64,000 bases of DNA from Octopus vulgaris. Taxonomy: Eukaryota. Positions within the stretch are counted from its first letter, which is position 1, and the number at the start of each line of letters is the position of its first letter. Positions 13,312 through 27,402 of this stretch are shown here, one piece after another. The DNA lies in NCBI GenBank assembly GCA_951406725.2, contig OX597823.1, positions 85,064,001 to 85,128,000 of the forward strand, written 5' to 3'. The position numbers were made by a program, and so were the translations under genes. The notes below the pieces were generated by a model that worked only from the letters and a program-made list of their open reading frames with translations, searched no databases and was not told the origin of the DNA.

Positions 13312-14151
13312 GAAGCAGTGAGCTGGCAGAAACATTAGCATGTCGGGCGAAATGCTTAGCGGTATTTCGTCTGCCGTTACGTTCTGAGTTCAAATTCCGC
13401 CGAGGTCGACTTTGCCTTTCATCCCTTCGGGGGTCGATAAATTGAGTATCAGTTACGCACTGGGGTCGATGTAATCGACTTAATCCGTTTGTCTGTCCTT
13501 GTTTGTCCTCTCTCTGTTTATCCCCTTGTGGGTAGTAAAGAAATAGGTATTTCGTCTGCCGCTACGTTCTGAGTTCAAATTCTGCCGAGGTCGACTTTGC
13601 TTTTCATTCTTTCGGGGTCGATAAATTAAATACCAGTTATGCACTGGAGTTGATGTAATCGACTTAATTTATTTGTCTGTCCTTGTTTGTCCCCTCTGTG
13701 TGTAGCCCCTTGTGGGCAATAAAGAAATAAGAAACGTTACCATGTCAGGCGAAATACTTAGCAGTATTTTGTTTGTCTTTACTTTCTGAATTCAAATTCC
13801 ACCGAGGTCGACTTTGCCTTTCATCCTTTCGGGGTCAATAAATTAAGTACCAGTGGCGTACTGGGGTTGATCTATTCGACTGGTTCATTTCCCCAAAATT
13901 TCGTGCCTTCTGCCTGGAGTAGAAAAGAATACTCCTAAGGCAGCGAGCTGGCAGAGCCGTTAGCACGCCAGGCGAAATGCTTAGCAGTTTTTTCTTTTGT
14001 CTTTACGTTCTGAGTTCAAATTCCGCTTTGTTCAACTTTGCCTTTCATCACCTCGGAGTCGATAAATTAAGTACCAGTTGCGTACTAGGGTCGATCTAAA
14101 CGACTGCCCCCCTCCCCCAAAATTGCGAACATTGCTCCTAGAGTAGAAAAG
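13312..14151 (+). mobile_element. SINE-A four-core composite flanked by one TSD
   Basis: head-core-tailA-core-tailA-(partial head)-core-tailB-head-core-tailB. Flanks aatatctacacagaacca (13294-13311) and aatatctacacaaagcca (14152-14169). Confidence 0.9.
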
Positions 14152-14619
14152 AATATCTACACAAAGCCAATGCCGGCGAGCAGGCAGAACTTTTAGCCGG
14201 CCGGGCCAATTGTTTATCGGCCAGTCATCCAAATTTATGTCTCAGGTTCGATTTCCTCCTAGTTCGACTTTGCATTTCAACTATTCCGAGGCTGGTAAAG
14301 TGAGCATCAGTGAAACACTGGAGTAGGCGTTATCAACTTCACCCTTCTTTCGACCTTGCTGTCCCGGTGCCAAAAATTTAAATCAGTGTCTACAACGAGG
14401 AAATAATTCGAATAAAATTTAGAGGTTCAAAATAATTCGTTTTGTTAATCTTAGAGTTGTCTAACAAAATCATGAATGACGGATTTTTCAAGACGTTCAT
14501 GGATTCAATATGAATTTTTCTAAAGCACTTAAATTCTATTACCGTCTTGGATGGTATATAAGACGTACTTTTTTTTTTTACCGAAGAATATCTCAAAAAA
14601 ATTACCTCAGGTCCTATTA

Positions 14620-15005
14620 GCAAAGTTGGGAGGAAGGAGAAGGAGGGAGAGAGAGAGGGGTGACGGAATGTTAGAGAGAAGTAGGTAATTAGACAGAGGC
14701 AGAGAGAGAAAGAGATAGAGAGGAAGAGAGAGACAGAGAGCGAACGAGAGAGAGGAAGGAAACGGAAGGGAAGGTCACAATTCACTAACTAAACGCCATA
14801 GAGATTAACACTTCCCTGTCTTTAAACACATAACAAAATAAATATGGTCATACAGAGAAAGAAAGAAAACGAGATAGAGAGAGAGAGAGAGAGGGAGGGG
14901 TATAGAAAGAGAGGAAGAGAGACACTACAATTTCTTAATTGAACGCTTTCGACATAAAGAGGAGAAATATGCTCACACTTATAAACAGAGGAGGAAAGAG
15001 AGAGG

Positions 15006-15038
<33 letters not shown>

Positions 15039-16085
15039 AGAAGAGAGAAGGGGGAAAGAAACATTAAAACTTCTCATGTCAAATAAGTCAGCCTCGAATT
15101 AGCGACAGCTTTTACGCAGCGCCAAAATTGTGGAGCCAAAAGCCTCATCCTCTCATCAGCATAGCTAATATCAAAGTATTCCAGCCACGAGCTCCTAGTT
15201 GAATTTTCAGAGAATCTGACAATCTTTGCATCATAACATTGGTAATGAGGTGTTTTTGAATGAAATTTAGCTGTTACTTCTAGCATGACAGCAGAACCAC
15301 ATAGTGTCGCCCACTCGTTCTACTAACGTACAACTTACAATACAAAATGTCACAATGTTTGTAAGACAGTTTGCAGTTATGACTAATACACGTCACAACG
15401 TTGACCTCCTCTTTGCTTTAAGCTTTTCACTTTTAACATTCTTTCCTTCTTTTTTATTACTTCTGCCATTCTTTTTTCATTTTTTGTCAATTTTCTCTTT
15501 CTTGCCTTCGTTCTTTCTTTCTTTCTTTCTTTCTTTCTTTCCTTCTTTCTCTCTTTTCTTTCTTTCTTTCTTTCTTTCTTCGTCCTTTTGTTTGTTCTTT
15601 CCTTCTTTCCTTTCTTCCTCCACTCCCTCCTTCCCTCCCCCTCTCCTTCCCTCCCCCTCTCCTTCCCTCCCCCTCTCCTTCCTCCCTTCTTACGTTTCTT
15701 TCTGTTTTTCTCTTAATTTCTTTCTCATTCTTTCTTTCTTTCCTTCTTTCTTTCTCGCCTTCTATTTTTCTTTCGTCCTTTCTTCCTTTCTTTTTTCTTT
15801 TTCCTCTTTCTTTCGTCCTTTCTTCCTTTCCTCTTTCTTTCTCTCCTTTATCCCGCATTTTCTTTCACTCTGCCTTTATTACTTTTTTCGTTGAATCTTT
15901 ACTTTCTTTCTTTCTTTCTCTCTTACTTACATACTTTCCTTCTTTCCTTCCTTCCTGTCTTCATTCACCATATCTTACTTTTATCCTTTTGCCCTAAGTC
16001 ACAATTTCCCTTCCATTCATTGTATAACATCTCTCTCTTTCTTTCTCTCACTCTCTTTCTCTTACTCTCTTTCTCTCTTTCGTTG
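14620..16085. repeat. Purine-rich (AG) tract, short unique spacer, then pyrimidine-rich (CT/CTTT) low-complexity tract
   Basis: Direct inspection. Confidence 0.8.
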
Positions 16086-16708
16086 CCTATCCATATTTAA
16101 CTTTGTTCTCATCAATAACATCTCTTCATTCTATTCCTAGATCTCAACACCCAATCCGTATCTTTCACGCTCCCTCATTCATTCCCTCGTTCAATCATTC
16201 ATTGTTAAACTCATTTATATACTTATTCCTTTCATTACTCACTTAACTAGATTATCAAAATTCATTCTAAAGATCAGTGAGCTCGCTAATTCTCAATCTT
16301 ACACTCAATCTCATTATCGTTCTGGCACTCATTTATTCAATCATTCAGAGACCTTCTAACTCATTCACTCACTTCCTCACTCATTCATCCATTTATTCAT
16401 ATCCACTCATTCATTCACTCATTCATTCATTCATTCATTCACATATTCACGCCCACTCATTCAAACTCACTCATTCATTCACTTATTCCCATCCACTTAC
16501 TCATTTACTCATTCACTCTCTTATTCACTCACTCACTCACTCACACAGTCACTCATTTAGTCAGTCAGTCACCTGCTCACTCATTCATGTACTCATTCAC
16601 ACCCTCTCTCATTGACTCATTCATTCACTCATTCAGTCAGTCACTCATCTGCTCCCTCATTCATTTACTCACTCACAACCTCTTTCAGTCGTTCTTTCAC
16701 TTATTATA

Positions 16709-16767
<59 letters not shown>

Positions 16768-16786
16768 CATTTCAGGATGGTCTGCA

Positions 16787-16990
16787 AAATAAACACACGC
16801 ACTATATATTCGGTCTTGATTCGTTTATTATTGTTTTAATTCTAAGAGAATGGAATAAACAGAGCAAAAGCACACCCGAAGACTTGTTGTTACTGATGTG
16901 TGGCGAAAGATTTCCGGATAATGGACATGAGTTAGAAGAAGAAGAGTAATAAACGAGTGAAGAACGAATATACAGTGCGTGTGTTTATTT
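16787..16990. mobile_element. Fold-back/MITE-like element (second copy 17763-17966)
   Basis: aaataaacacacgcactatatattcggtcttgattcgtttatta and taataaacgagtgaagaacgaatatacagtgcgtgtgtttattt are ~44-bp imperfect inverted repeats. Confidence 0.6.
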
Positions 16991-17074
16991 GGCAAAAAAA
17001 AATGTCGAAATCCTACAATATCTGTTTTAACACACAGCTTAACATCAGGAATCTTGCAATGCACATTCATAAAC

Positions 17075-17118
<44 letters not shown>

Positions 17119-17691
17119 ATCTTTCACGCTCCCTCATTCATTCCCTCGTTCAATCATTCATTGTTAAACTCATTTATATACTTATTCCTTTCATTACTCA
17201 CTTAACTAGATTATCAAAATTCATTCTAAACATCAGTCAGCTCGCTTATTCTCAATCTTACACTCAATCCCATTATCGTTCTGGCACTCATTTATTCAAT
17301 CATTCAGAGACCTTCTAACTCATTCACTCACTTCCTCACTCATCCATCCATTTATTCATATCCCCTCATTCATTCACTCATTCATTCATTCATTCATTCA
17401 CACATTCACGCCCACTCATTCAAACTCACTCATTCATTCACTTATTCCCATCCACTTACTCATTTACTCATTCACTCTCTTATTCACTCACTCACTCACT
17501 CACTCACTGACTCACTCACTCACTCACACAGTCACTCATTTAGTCAGTCAGTCACCTGCTGACTCATTCATGTACTCACTCACACTCTCTCTCATTGACT
17601 CATTCATTCACTCATTCAGTCAGTCACTCATCTGCTCCCTCATTCATTTACTCACTCACAACCTCTTTCAGTCGTTCTTTCACTTATTATA

Positions 17692-17742
<51 letters not shown>

Positions 17743-18050
17743 CATTTTCAGGATGGTCTGCAAAATAAACACACACACTATATATTCGGTCTTGACTAGT
17801 TTATTATTGTTTTAATTCTAAGAGAATGGAATAAACAGAGCAAAAGCACACCCGAAGACTTGTGGTTACTGATGTGCGGCGAAAGATTTCCGGATAATGG
17901 ACATGAGTTAGAAGAAGAAGAGTAATAAACGAGTGAAGAACGAATATACAGTGCGTGTGTTTATTTGGCAAAAAAAATTCGCGAAATCCAACAATATCTG
18001 TTTCAACACACAACTTAACATCAGAAATCTTGCAATACACATTCATAAAC

Positions 18051-18800
<750 letters not shown>

Positions 18801-19139
18801 GGAGTGTGAGAGAGAGAGAAAAGGAGTGTCAAGGAAGAGAGAAAGGATATCTATATGACAACGAGAGAGAGGTTATGAGAGAGGTGGAGCGAGAACATAC
18901 GTGTGTCTGAGAGAGAGAAATAGAGAACATGTGAGAGTTATAGTAGAGAAATGGACAATGAGAGTAAGAGGTAGACAATGAAAAATGTATTGTGTGAACG
19001 CGAAAGTATAGTTATATAAATGCACAAGTGTGTGTAGACGTGTGAGTGTATCTAAGCGTAAATTGATTAGTTTGTCCGTATATATGAATATGTATATGTG
19101 TGTGTGAATGTACGTTATACGTACACGAACATGCATTAA

Positions 19140-19950
<811 letters not shown>

Positions 19951-20766
19951 TTAGAAATGTAATTGTCTATTTGATCTCAAACACCATATAAATATACGTG
20001 AAGTACACATGCAGTCATAAGCAGAAACAGATATGTATGCACGTCTGAGCAAACACGCACGCACATATGATTGTGAATACCTACATATTTGTCTCTGCAT
20101 ATGCGTACACGTGTGTGTGTATGTGTGTGTGTGTGTGTGTGAGTGCGTGTCTGCCTGTCTGTTGTCTGTGCGCGCTCGCATGTGTATTTGTGTATTTGTG
20201 TGTATATATATATATATATATATATGTCATGTCGGAAAGAGAGAAAAGGGCGACTGAATGATGGAGCAAACGAACGTCGGAAAAAGCGAGATGACGCTGG
20301 CCACTCACTACTCATCATAACTTGGTCTCGAGCAGCAATATGAACGACTAATTTCAGTGTCGGTCGGTCGCTAAAAATCTCTCGGGCGATATAAGTTTGT
20401 GTTTAAAAGCGGCGGTCATCAAAAACCTGTAAAGTCTTTGATTAACATTACAGCAAGACACATATTGCAGAATACCGAGTTAGTTTTAGCATGCTACTCC
20501 CTGCTGTTTTACACAATATTACGTTGCACTCCAGCTGGGCTAGATTCCCATTGAAATAGTTTCGTATCAGAGTATTTCGTGTCTAAGCACTTTGGTCAGC
20601 CCAGCAAGTGTTTAAACTAAATACCACGGAATAGGTCATCAAGCGGACACACACTCACACATACACAATCTACTTGATAAGTAAGAATGAGACTTAGCAT
20701 ATACATGGATACAAACAAACGCACATTCACGCACGTGTGCTGATAACAAAAGCAGACATTATATAT

Positions 20767-20831
<65 letters not shown>

Positions 20832-20873
20832 TACATATATAAGCATATATATGTATGTATATATATGTATATG

Positions 20874-20915
<42 letters not shown>

Positions 20916-21150
20916 TATATGCACGCATTCATATTTATCGAACACATATATATATTGTATGTATGTACTTATGTGATTGCTCGTGGACAGACTTTAAATG
21001 GAAACACACAAGTATGGCCAGAGTCAATATACATAAATACATATACTTACATACATATATATATGTGTGTGTATAAGGGTATATTTTGATGTGCATGTAT
21101 ATATACATATATTCAGCCAGAAGAAAATAGCAAGTTCATGAAAGAGAGGA

Positions 21151-21216
<66 letters not shown>

Positions 21217-21789
21217 ACAGACAGAGAGACAGAGCCATAGACAGCGGTAAAGGCGGCTTCAGAAAAAGAAACATGGAACAAAATCAGAAAATCACGCACA
21301 ACATGGCTAGTAGAAAGGACAGCGAGATATATAATATTGAAAATATACATGGAGAAAGAAAGAGAATAAGAAGTCTGTAAAAGTATAAAGGTTTGTGGCG
21401 GAATAAAAGAATGCGAATCACACACGCAACTCGTCTACCTAGCGAGACGTCTGTACATCTTTATCTTTAGGGGAATCTTATAGGCGTTGTCGATATATTC
21501 ATGTGGAGATTATAATGGTTTCTTACTTAGGCGTAAGGTCATAAAGATATATTTTATTTCGCGGAAAGAGATCAGTTGATTTAGATTTCTTCACCTTTAG
21601 TGTCTGTCTGGCAATTATATTGTAGAGGCTTCCGCAAGGATAAAAAGTAAAGCAGATTTCTCCTAGATTTGAAACCAGAGTATATAAGCTGACGTAATTC
21701 AAATACTGCAAAGGAATGTTTCGCTCAACCTTCTCATTCTGGTTGAACGGATTTACGTTTAAATTCCTCTGGTCGTTTTGGAAATATAA

Positions 21790-22660
21790 TTGCTGCTGGT
21801 ATTGGCACGAGATCTGCAATTTTAAGGGGAGAGAGAGTAATTTGATTACATTGATCCCAGGGTTCATTAGGTAAGAATTTTATCGGAACCGAAAGAATGA
21901 AAAGAAAGGTTGACATCAGTGGAACTCAAAGTCCAAATGTAAAGCCGGACTAAGTGCTGCTACACATTTAGTCCATTGCACTAACAATTCTGTCTGGTCA
22001 TCACCTTTCTCTTTTAACAATTATAATAGTTTCAAGTTTTTGTACAGGACCATCAGTTTTCAAGGGGGTGGGGCAAGTCGATTCGCAAGTCGTTTGAAAG
22101 GGCCAAACGCTAAGTAGGCCGCGTTGGGAACTGAAATCGGAACGTAAACAGCCGGACGTAATACTACTAAGCATTTTGTCCGGCGAGGGAACGATTCTAC
22201 AAGATTGCCGCTTAGAAAGGGGTATTGGATTAACTTATTCTAAGGGGTTACATTTTAATTTTTTACATCAACCCCAGTACTTGAACGGCACATGTTTATT
22301 GACATTGAAAGGATGAAAGCATAAAGTGACCAAAGCGGAATTTGATTCGAGAACACAAAGATCAGGAAGAATTTGAACTCAGAGAACAAATGCCTTAACG
22401 AATGACATGTTCCAACGCTCTAACCACCCTGCCAGTTCACCAAGAAGATATGAGATTTTCTGAGACAAGCCAGCAATTTAAAGAGAAGAGTGGTTGGGGA
22501 ATACCATTGATCCCAGCACTAAATGAAACTTCGTTTCATAATCCAAGGAAGGATTAAGTGCAAAATTGTTCCTTGGTATGATGTAAACGCAGAACATAAA
22601 GAGGCGAAACAAATACAGCAAGGTTCGACTCTCTAACGATTCTGCCTGCTCACCGCTTTT
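21790..22660 (-). mobile_element. Train of about four highly degenerate SINE-A monomers
   Basis: Repeated remnants such as ttatcggaaccgaaagaatgaaaag, gaaaggatgaaagc, gaatttgaactcagag and aacgattctgcctgctcaccgc. Confidence 0.55.
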
Positions 22661-22938
22661 ACTGATTTCACGTTTAAGCACAAGACCAGCACGTTAGAAA
22701 GGAGCGTGATGGATAGTTATTTGATGCTGGTAATTCATTTCTATCGACCATCTTTGAATAATGGCAAAATTGATGCAGCAGGAATTACTTTCAGGAATTA
22801 CATCTCTTCCTTTTGCCATATTTATCGTTCAACCCATTTCTTCTTTATATATTCATCTTAGGAACTAAAAGATGATGCTTTTAAAATAATCTGCCTGTTG
22901 TCACTTAAGTACGTTACTATATATATATATATATATAC

Positions 22939-23414
22939 CATTTGCGTGCGGTCCATGGAAACAAGGGAAGCAACGCTTCCCTTAAAAATTATAGAAACGA
23001 AATTGGAATTATATTACTTATTTTTTATACGAACGTTCTAATGTTCTGTAAAATTAATATGAAGTACATGACATCATAGGTTTCAGATATTATTGTCGTA
23101 ATTAGCATGAGACAACAAACCGTGGCAGACGACACAAAAAAATCTGTGCAAGGGAAGCAACATGAGCTGTTGCATCCTTTTCGGTGTAATATTTCAACAT
23201 TTTTTCCATTAAAAATACACCAACGACAATTTTTTTTCTAGTAAGAGGTGATAACGAATAGTTTTAGATGCTAATGAATACCTATACGCTTAGATTATGT
23301 ATCTGTCAATTCGCATTTTTATGCATAATATGAACATGTCAATTTGATTGAAATATCTATGTGACAGAAAAGTTTGATCATTGCGTCCCCAGCCAGAAAG
23401 ATCAACGCACGCCC

Positions 23415-23418
<4 letters not shown>
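22939..23418. mobile_element. Possible hAT-like MITE
   Basis: Ends catttgcgtgcg ... cgcacgcccctg (short imperfect TIR), between (TA)n tracts. Confidence 0.4.
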
Positions 23419-23450
<32 letters not shown>

Positions 23451-23612
23451 GTTATCGCCATACTAATATGGCATTCTTATAAAAGTAAGAATAAAGCTGT
23501 CCGCTTATTAGCTCCATGAGGCCATCGCCTTAAGTTAGCTATTTGATACACAACTGTATCCATATAACCTTCGAACAAGGGAGGTCAGTCGCTCCACACT
23601 ACTTGAACAGCA

Positions 23613-23654
23613 GCTACAGACGCGTTTCGGGGTATTGCCCCTTTTCAATGCAGC
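23613..23654 (-). ncRNA. Minimal type I hammerhead ribozyme motif, inverted identical copy
   Basis: gctacagacgcgtttcggggtattgccccttttcaatgcagc is the exact reverse complement of 23887-23928. Confidence 0.75.
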
Positions 23655-23886
23655 GTAGCCAGACCAGTAGGTGTCGCTTCTGACAATCACTTATTTTTAT
23701 AAGAATGCCATATTAGTATGGCGATAACTTATTATTTTCCGGGAACGCTGCCGCTGTTCTCTTTAGAGAGACTTAGTAATTTTAATATTTATATTATAGA
23801 AAACAAGTGGATGTATTCCACCGAAACTAGGTAAATAAAACCTTCGAACAGTGATTGTCAGAAGCGACACCTACTGGTCTGGCTAC

Positions 23887-23928
23887 GCTGCATTGAAAAG
23901 GGGCAATACCCCGAAACGCGTCTGTAGC
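23887..23928 (+). ncRNA. Minimal type I hammerhead ribozyme motif (U3-A8 core variant)
   Basis: Stem I gctgca/tgtagc, core ttgaaaa, stem II gggg-caata-cccc, gaaa, palindromic stem III acgcgt, GUC cleavage triplet ending at 23922. Confidence 0.75.
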
Positions 23929-24131
23929 TGCTGGTCAAGTAGTGTGGAGCGAGTTATATATCCCTTGTTCGAAGGTTATATGGATATTAGTTGTATATCA
24001 AATAGCTAACTTAAGGCGATGGCCTATGGAGCTATAAGCGGACAGCTTTATTCTTATTTTTATAAGAATGCCATATTAGTATGGCGATATATATATATAT
24101 ATATAACGCTGCCGCTGTTATATTTATAGAG

Positions 24132-24215
<84 letters not shown>

Positions 24216-24218
<3 letters not shown>

Positions 24219-25474
24219 GTGTTGGACAAAATAATGGAAACACCTAGCATCATGGCATCATAATTTTGAAATATCTATAAAACCGTTAAAAGTTTGTTTA
24301 TTTTTATGTTTTTATTTATTATTAGTGTTGCTTAATGCTTAGCTAAAGTTGCAGTTTCTTTTCAGATATCATCAGGAAAAGGTAATTAAAATTCATGAAA
24401 ATGACAGATCCATCGGACTTTCAAAGCGATCAAATAGTTGGTACTCGTATGGCAGGCGCTAGCGTAACGAAAACAGTGGAAATGTTTGGTGTATCAAGAA
24501 ATACTGTCTCGAAAGTAATGACAGCCTTTGAGAAAGTGCGAAAACCATCCTCGTCGAAACAAAACTCCGGAAGTAAACCAAAACTTTCAGATAGGGACAG
24601 TCGGATTTTTACGCGAATTCTTAGAAAGGATCACAGTTCAGCTCCCAAAATTACTGCAGAGATGAATGACCGCATCGAAAACCGAGTTTCCATAAAAACT
24701 GACTGCCGGGAGACTCACAAAGCCGGATTTCATGGGAGGGCTGTAATCAGTAAACGACTACTCTAAAAATGTTACTCGACAAAGCGTTTAGAGTGGAGTA
24801 AAATCCTACGGAATCGGTCCCTAGAGCAGTGGAAGAATGTTATATTTTCGGATGAGTCATCCTTCACCTTATTTCTGACCACCGGTCGAGTATAAGTGTG
24901 GAGACATCCAAAAGAGTGCGGAGACTTCCTTCATCCAATTGTTTCACCTGGAGGAGGATCTGTGATGATCTAGGGGTGGGCGAGGGGATATATCTTGGAA
25001 ATCTAAAGGCTCAATGGTTTCTCTTCTTGGCAGTATTAATAGTCAATATTATTTAAGCATTTTATCTGATCAAATTCATCCTATGCTTGTGGAACTGTTT
25101 CCGGGGGGAAAACACCGTCTTTCAGGAAGGTAATGTACCAATTCACTAACTAAAGTTGATACTGAATGGCACGAGGAACATTCTAGTGAAGTTGAACATC
25201 ATTTCTGACCACCACAGTCCCCAGATCTCAATATTATTGAACATTTATGGTGCGTTTAAGAAAAACAAGTAATGAGTTGATTTCCTCCACCATCATCACT
25301 AGAAGAACTGGAGACTGTTTTAGCTGAAGAATGGACAAAATTCTTTTGGAAACAATTCAAACTTTGTACGAGTCCATACCTCGTAGAATACAAGGTATAA
25401 TTAGTGCCAAAGGTGGTCCTACCCCATATTAAAATAAATTTGTTTGAAATTTTAATGTGTTTCCGATATTTTGT

Positions 25475-25477
<3 letters not shown>
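24216..25477 (+). mobile_element. Tc1-family DNA transposon, near full length, inactive
   Basis: TA|caggtgttggacaaaataatggaaacac and gtgtttccgatattttgtcca TIRs within (TA)n, ~1.26 kb, enclosing a transposase relic. Confidence 0.9.
24395..25431 (+). pseudogene. Tc1 (DD34E-type) transposase pseudogene
   Basis: HTH region QIVGTRMAGASVTKTVEMFGVSRNTVSKV, then VIFSDESSF, PPQSPDLNIIEHLW and C-terminal AKGGPTPY*, interrupted by stops and frameshifts. Confidence 0.9.
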
Positions 25478-25513
<36 letters not shown>

Positions 25514-25515
25514 TA

Positions 25516-25677
25516 TACGACGGGCTTCATTTCAGTTTCCATCTACGAAATGCACTCACAAATCTTTGGTCGGTCCGAGGCTATAGTAGCAGACACTTGC
25601 CCAAAGTGCCACACAGTGATACTGAACTCGGAACCATGTTGTTTGGTAGCAAACTTTTACCACACAGCTAACCCTGC
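25516..25677 (-). mobile_element. SINE family B, 5' half
   Basis: acgacgggcttcatttcagtttcc...gacacttgcccaaagtgccacacagtg...ttttaccacacagc. Confidence 0.8.
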
Positions 25678-26210
25678 ACATATTATATGTGTGTGTGTCT
25701 GTGTGTATGTGTGTGCGTGTGTGTGTGTTGCATCAATGTGTCTGTAAGTGATGCTTATACCTGATAGTTACTTGTAAATCACCATTATATAGTGGATTTC
25801 GCGGGATTAATTTATAAAGATTATCCAGTCGTGAAACGTGTTACACGCATAATTGAAATGAATGACGGTCAAATTGGTATTGAAACCGGGTTTAGACACA
25901 GTGGAACGGAAGCATACCTATTGCTCTACACTCGGTGCCATGACTTAAGCACTAATTAATTACATAGGTTGACAAATACACAGACCATTAAGAAATTTAA
26001 ACTATAAACTGCATTTATCGAACTAAAAAAGGAAACAATGTGTTAATTATGAAACTTATTGAAGTACCAACACGTAATAACCGAATAATATTCCTTGTTA
26101 TTGACATGAATGAGAATACTCGCGCACGCACGCTCTCACACACAGACAAACACACACATTTGCAGACCTATGTATACAAAGATATAGATGTAAGTATATA
26201 CCTGCACACG

Positions 26211-26245
<35 letters not shown>

Positions 26246-26308
26246 GTATATGCTTATATATATATATATATATATATATACATGCATATATGCATATATA
26301 TCTGTACA

Positions 26309-26368
<60 letters not shown>

Positions 26369-27370
26369 TTTTATGTACATTAGTAAATATATGTAGATAA
26401 GTGAATATAAACGTACATATATACATACCTACATATAGCCATACACATACATATATATATATGGACACACAGATTCATATATACACACATATACATACGT
26501 GCATGCATACGTATATACATATATACATACATACACACATCCATACTCATATCAACATACGAATATAAACACACGTTATGTTCTTATGCCAGTAAATAAC
26601 ACGAGTGTCAATTTATAATATTCTTTTCTTCTAAGCCATTTGTTCCAAATTGTCCGCTGGGATTCGATTTGTATAGATAGAAGTTAATGCCAAAATTTAG
26701 TTATGAGAAAATAATACGAATAAATAAAAATAGTTGAATGCATAATGGAAGGAAATATAATGAAAAGCAAGATCCTCTCGAGAATTCTTGCAAAACATAA
26801 AGAACGATGCATTTTGTTAGCGAATTTTGATTCATAGAAAATATATATATATGTATATATTTTGTCCTTCTTTTTACTTGTCTTCCATATAATTCGACAA
26901 TTAGCCACAGGCACATATAGTTTGTAATTAAGGGGACTCCCCAGTTGGTATATAATGTAGCATCTACTTTGTCTACAGCGTATAGTTAGTTATAGTAAGA
27001 AAAATAGATATGTTTATATTCGTGATTAATACGCGAAGAAGGCCCACTTAGAAATGTGTTATGCACGACAGGACTGCAGCAGATTTTCATTTTTCCAATT
27101 AATTTTCATTTCGAATCGTAAAAAATAAAACACTAAGAATACGAATAAAAATCAAAAGTGAAAGTAAAAAAAAAAAATTTAAAAATCAGATAATTGGAAA
27201 GATTCGCGAAGTGATAAAGACATTTAATAGATTTAGAACTTTTGTATCTATATTCTAAAAGCCAACCTATTATTTTCCATGCACATATTTCCCTTTATTA
27301 TTTTTGCTATTATTAATAAGAAAAATATTATTATTATTATTATTATTATTAGTGATAGTAGTAGTAGAAT

Positions 27371-27402
<32 letters not shown>

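Larger units (their letters stand above)
23451..24130. mobile_element. Penelope-like pseudo-LTR / retrozyme-like element with inverted arms
   Basis: Arm 23451-23691 is the reverse complement of 23850-24089. Segment ttatttttataagaatgccatattagtatggcgata...aacgctgccgctgtt recurs directly at ~23691 and ~24054 (~360-bp unit). Flanked by (TA)n and contains hammerhead motifs. Confidence 0.7.

Noticed and set aside
16890-16915. ctgatg-tgtggc-gaaa as a possible hammerhead
   Set aside because: It lacks A9 and has no convincing stems I or III.
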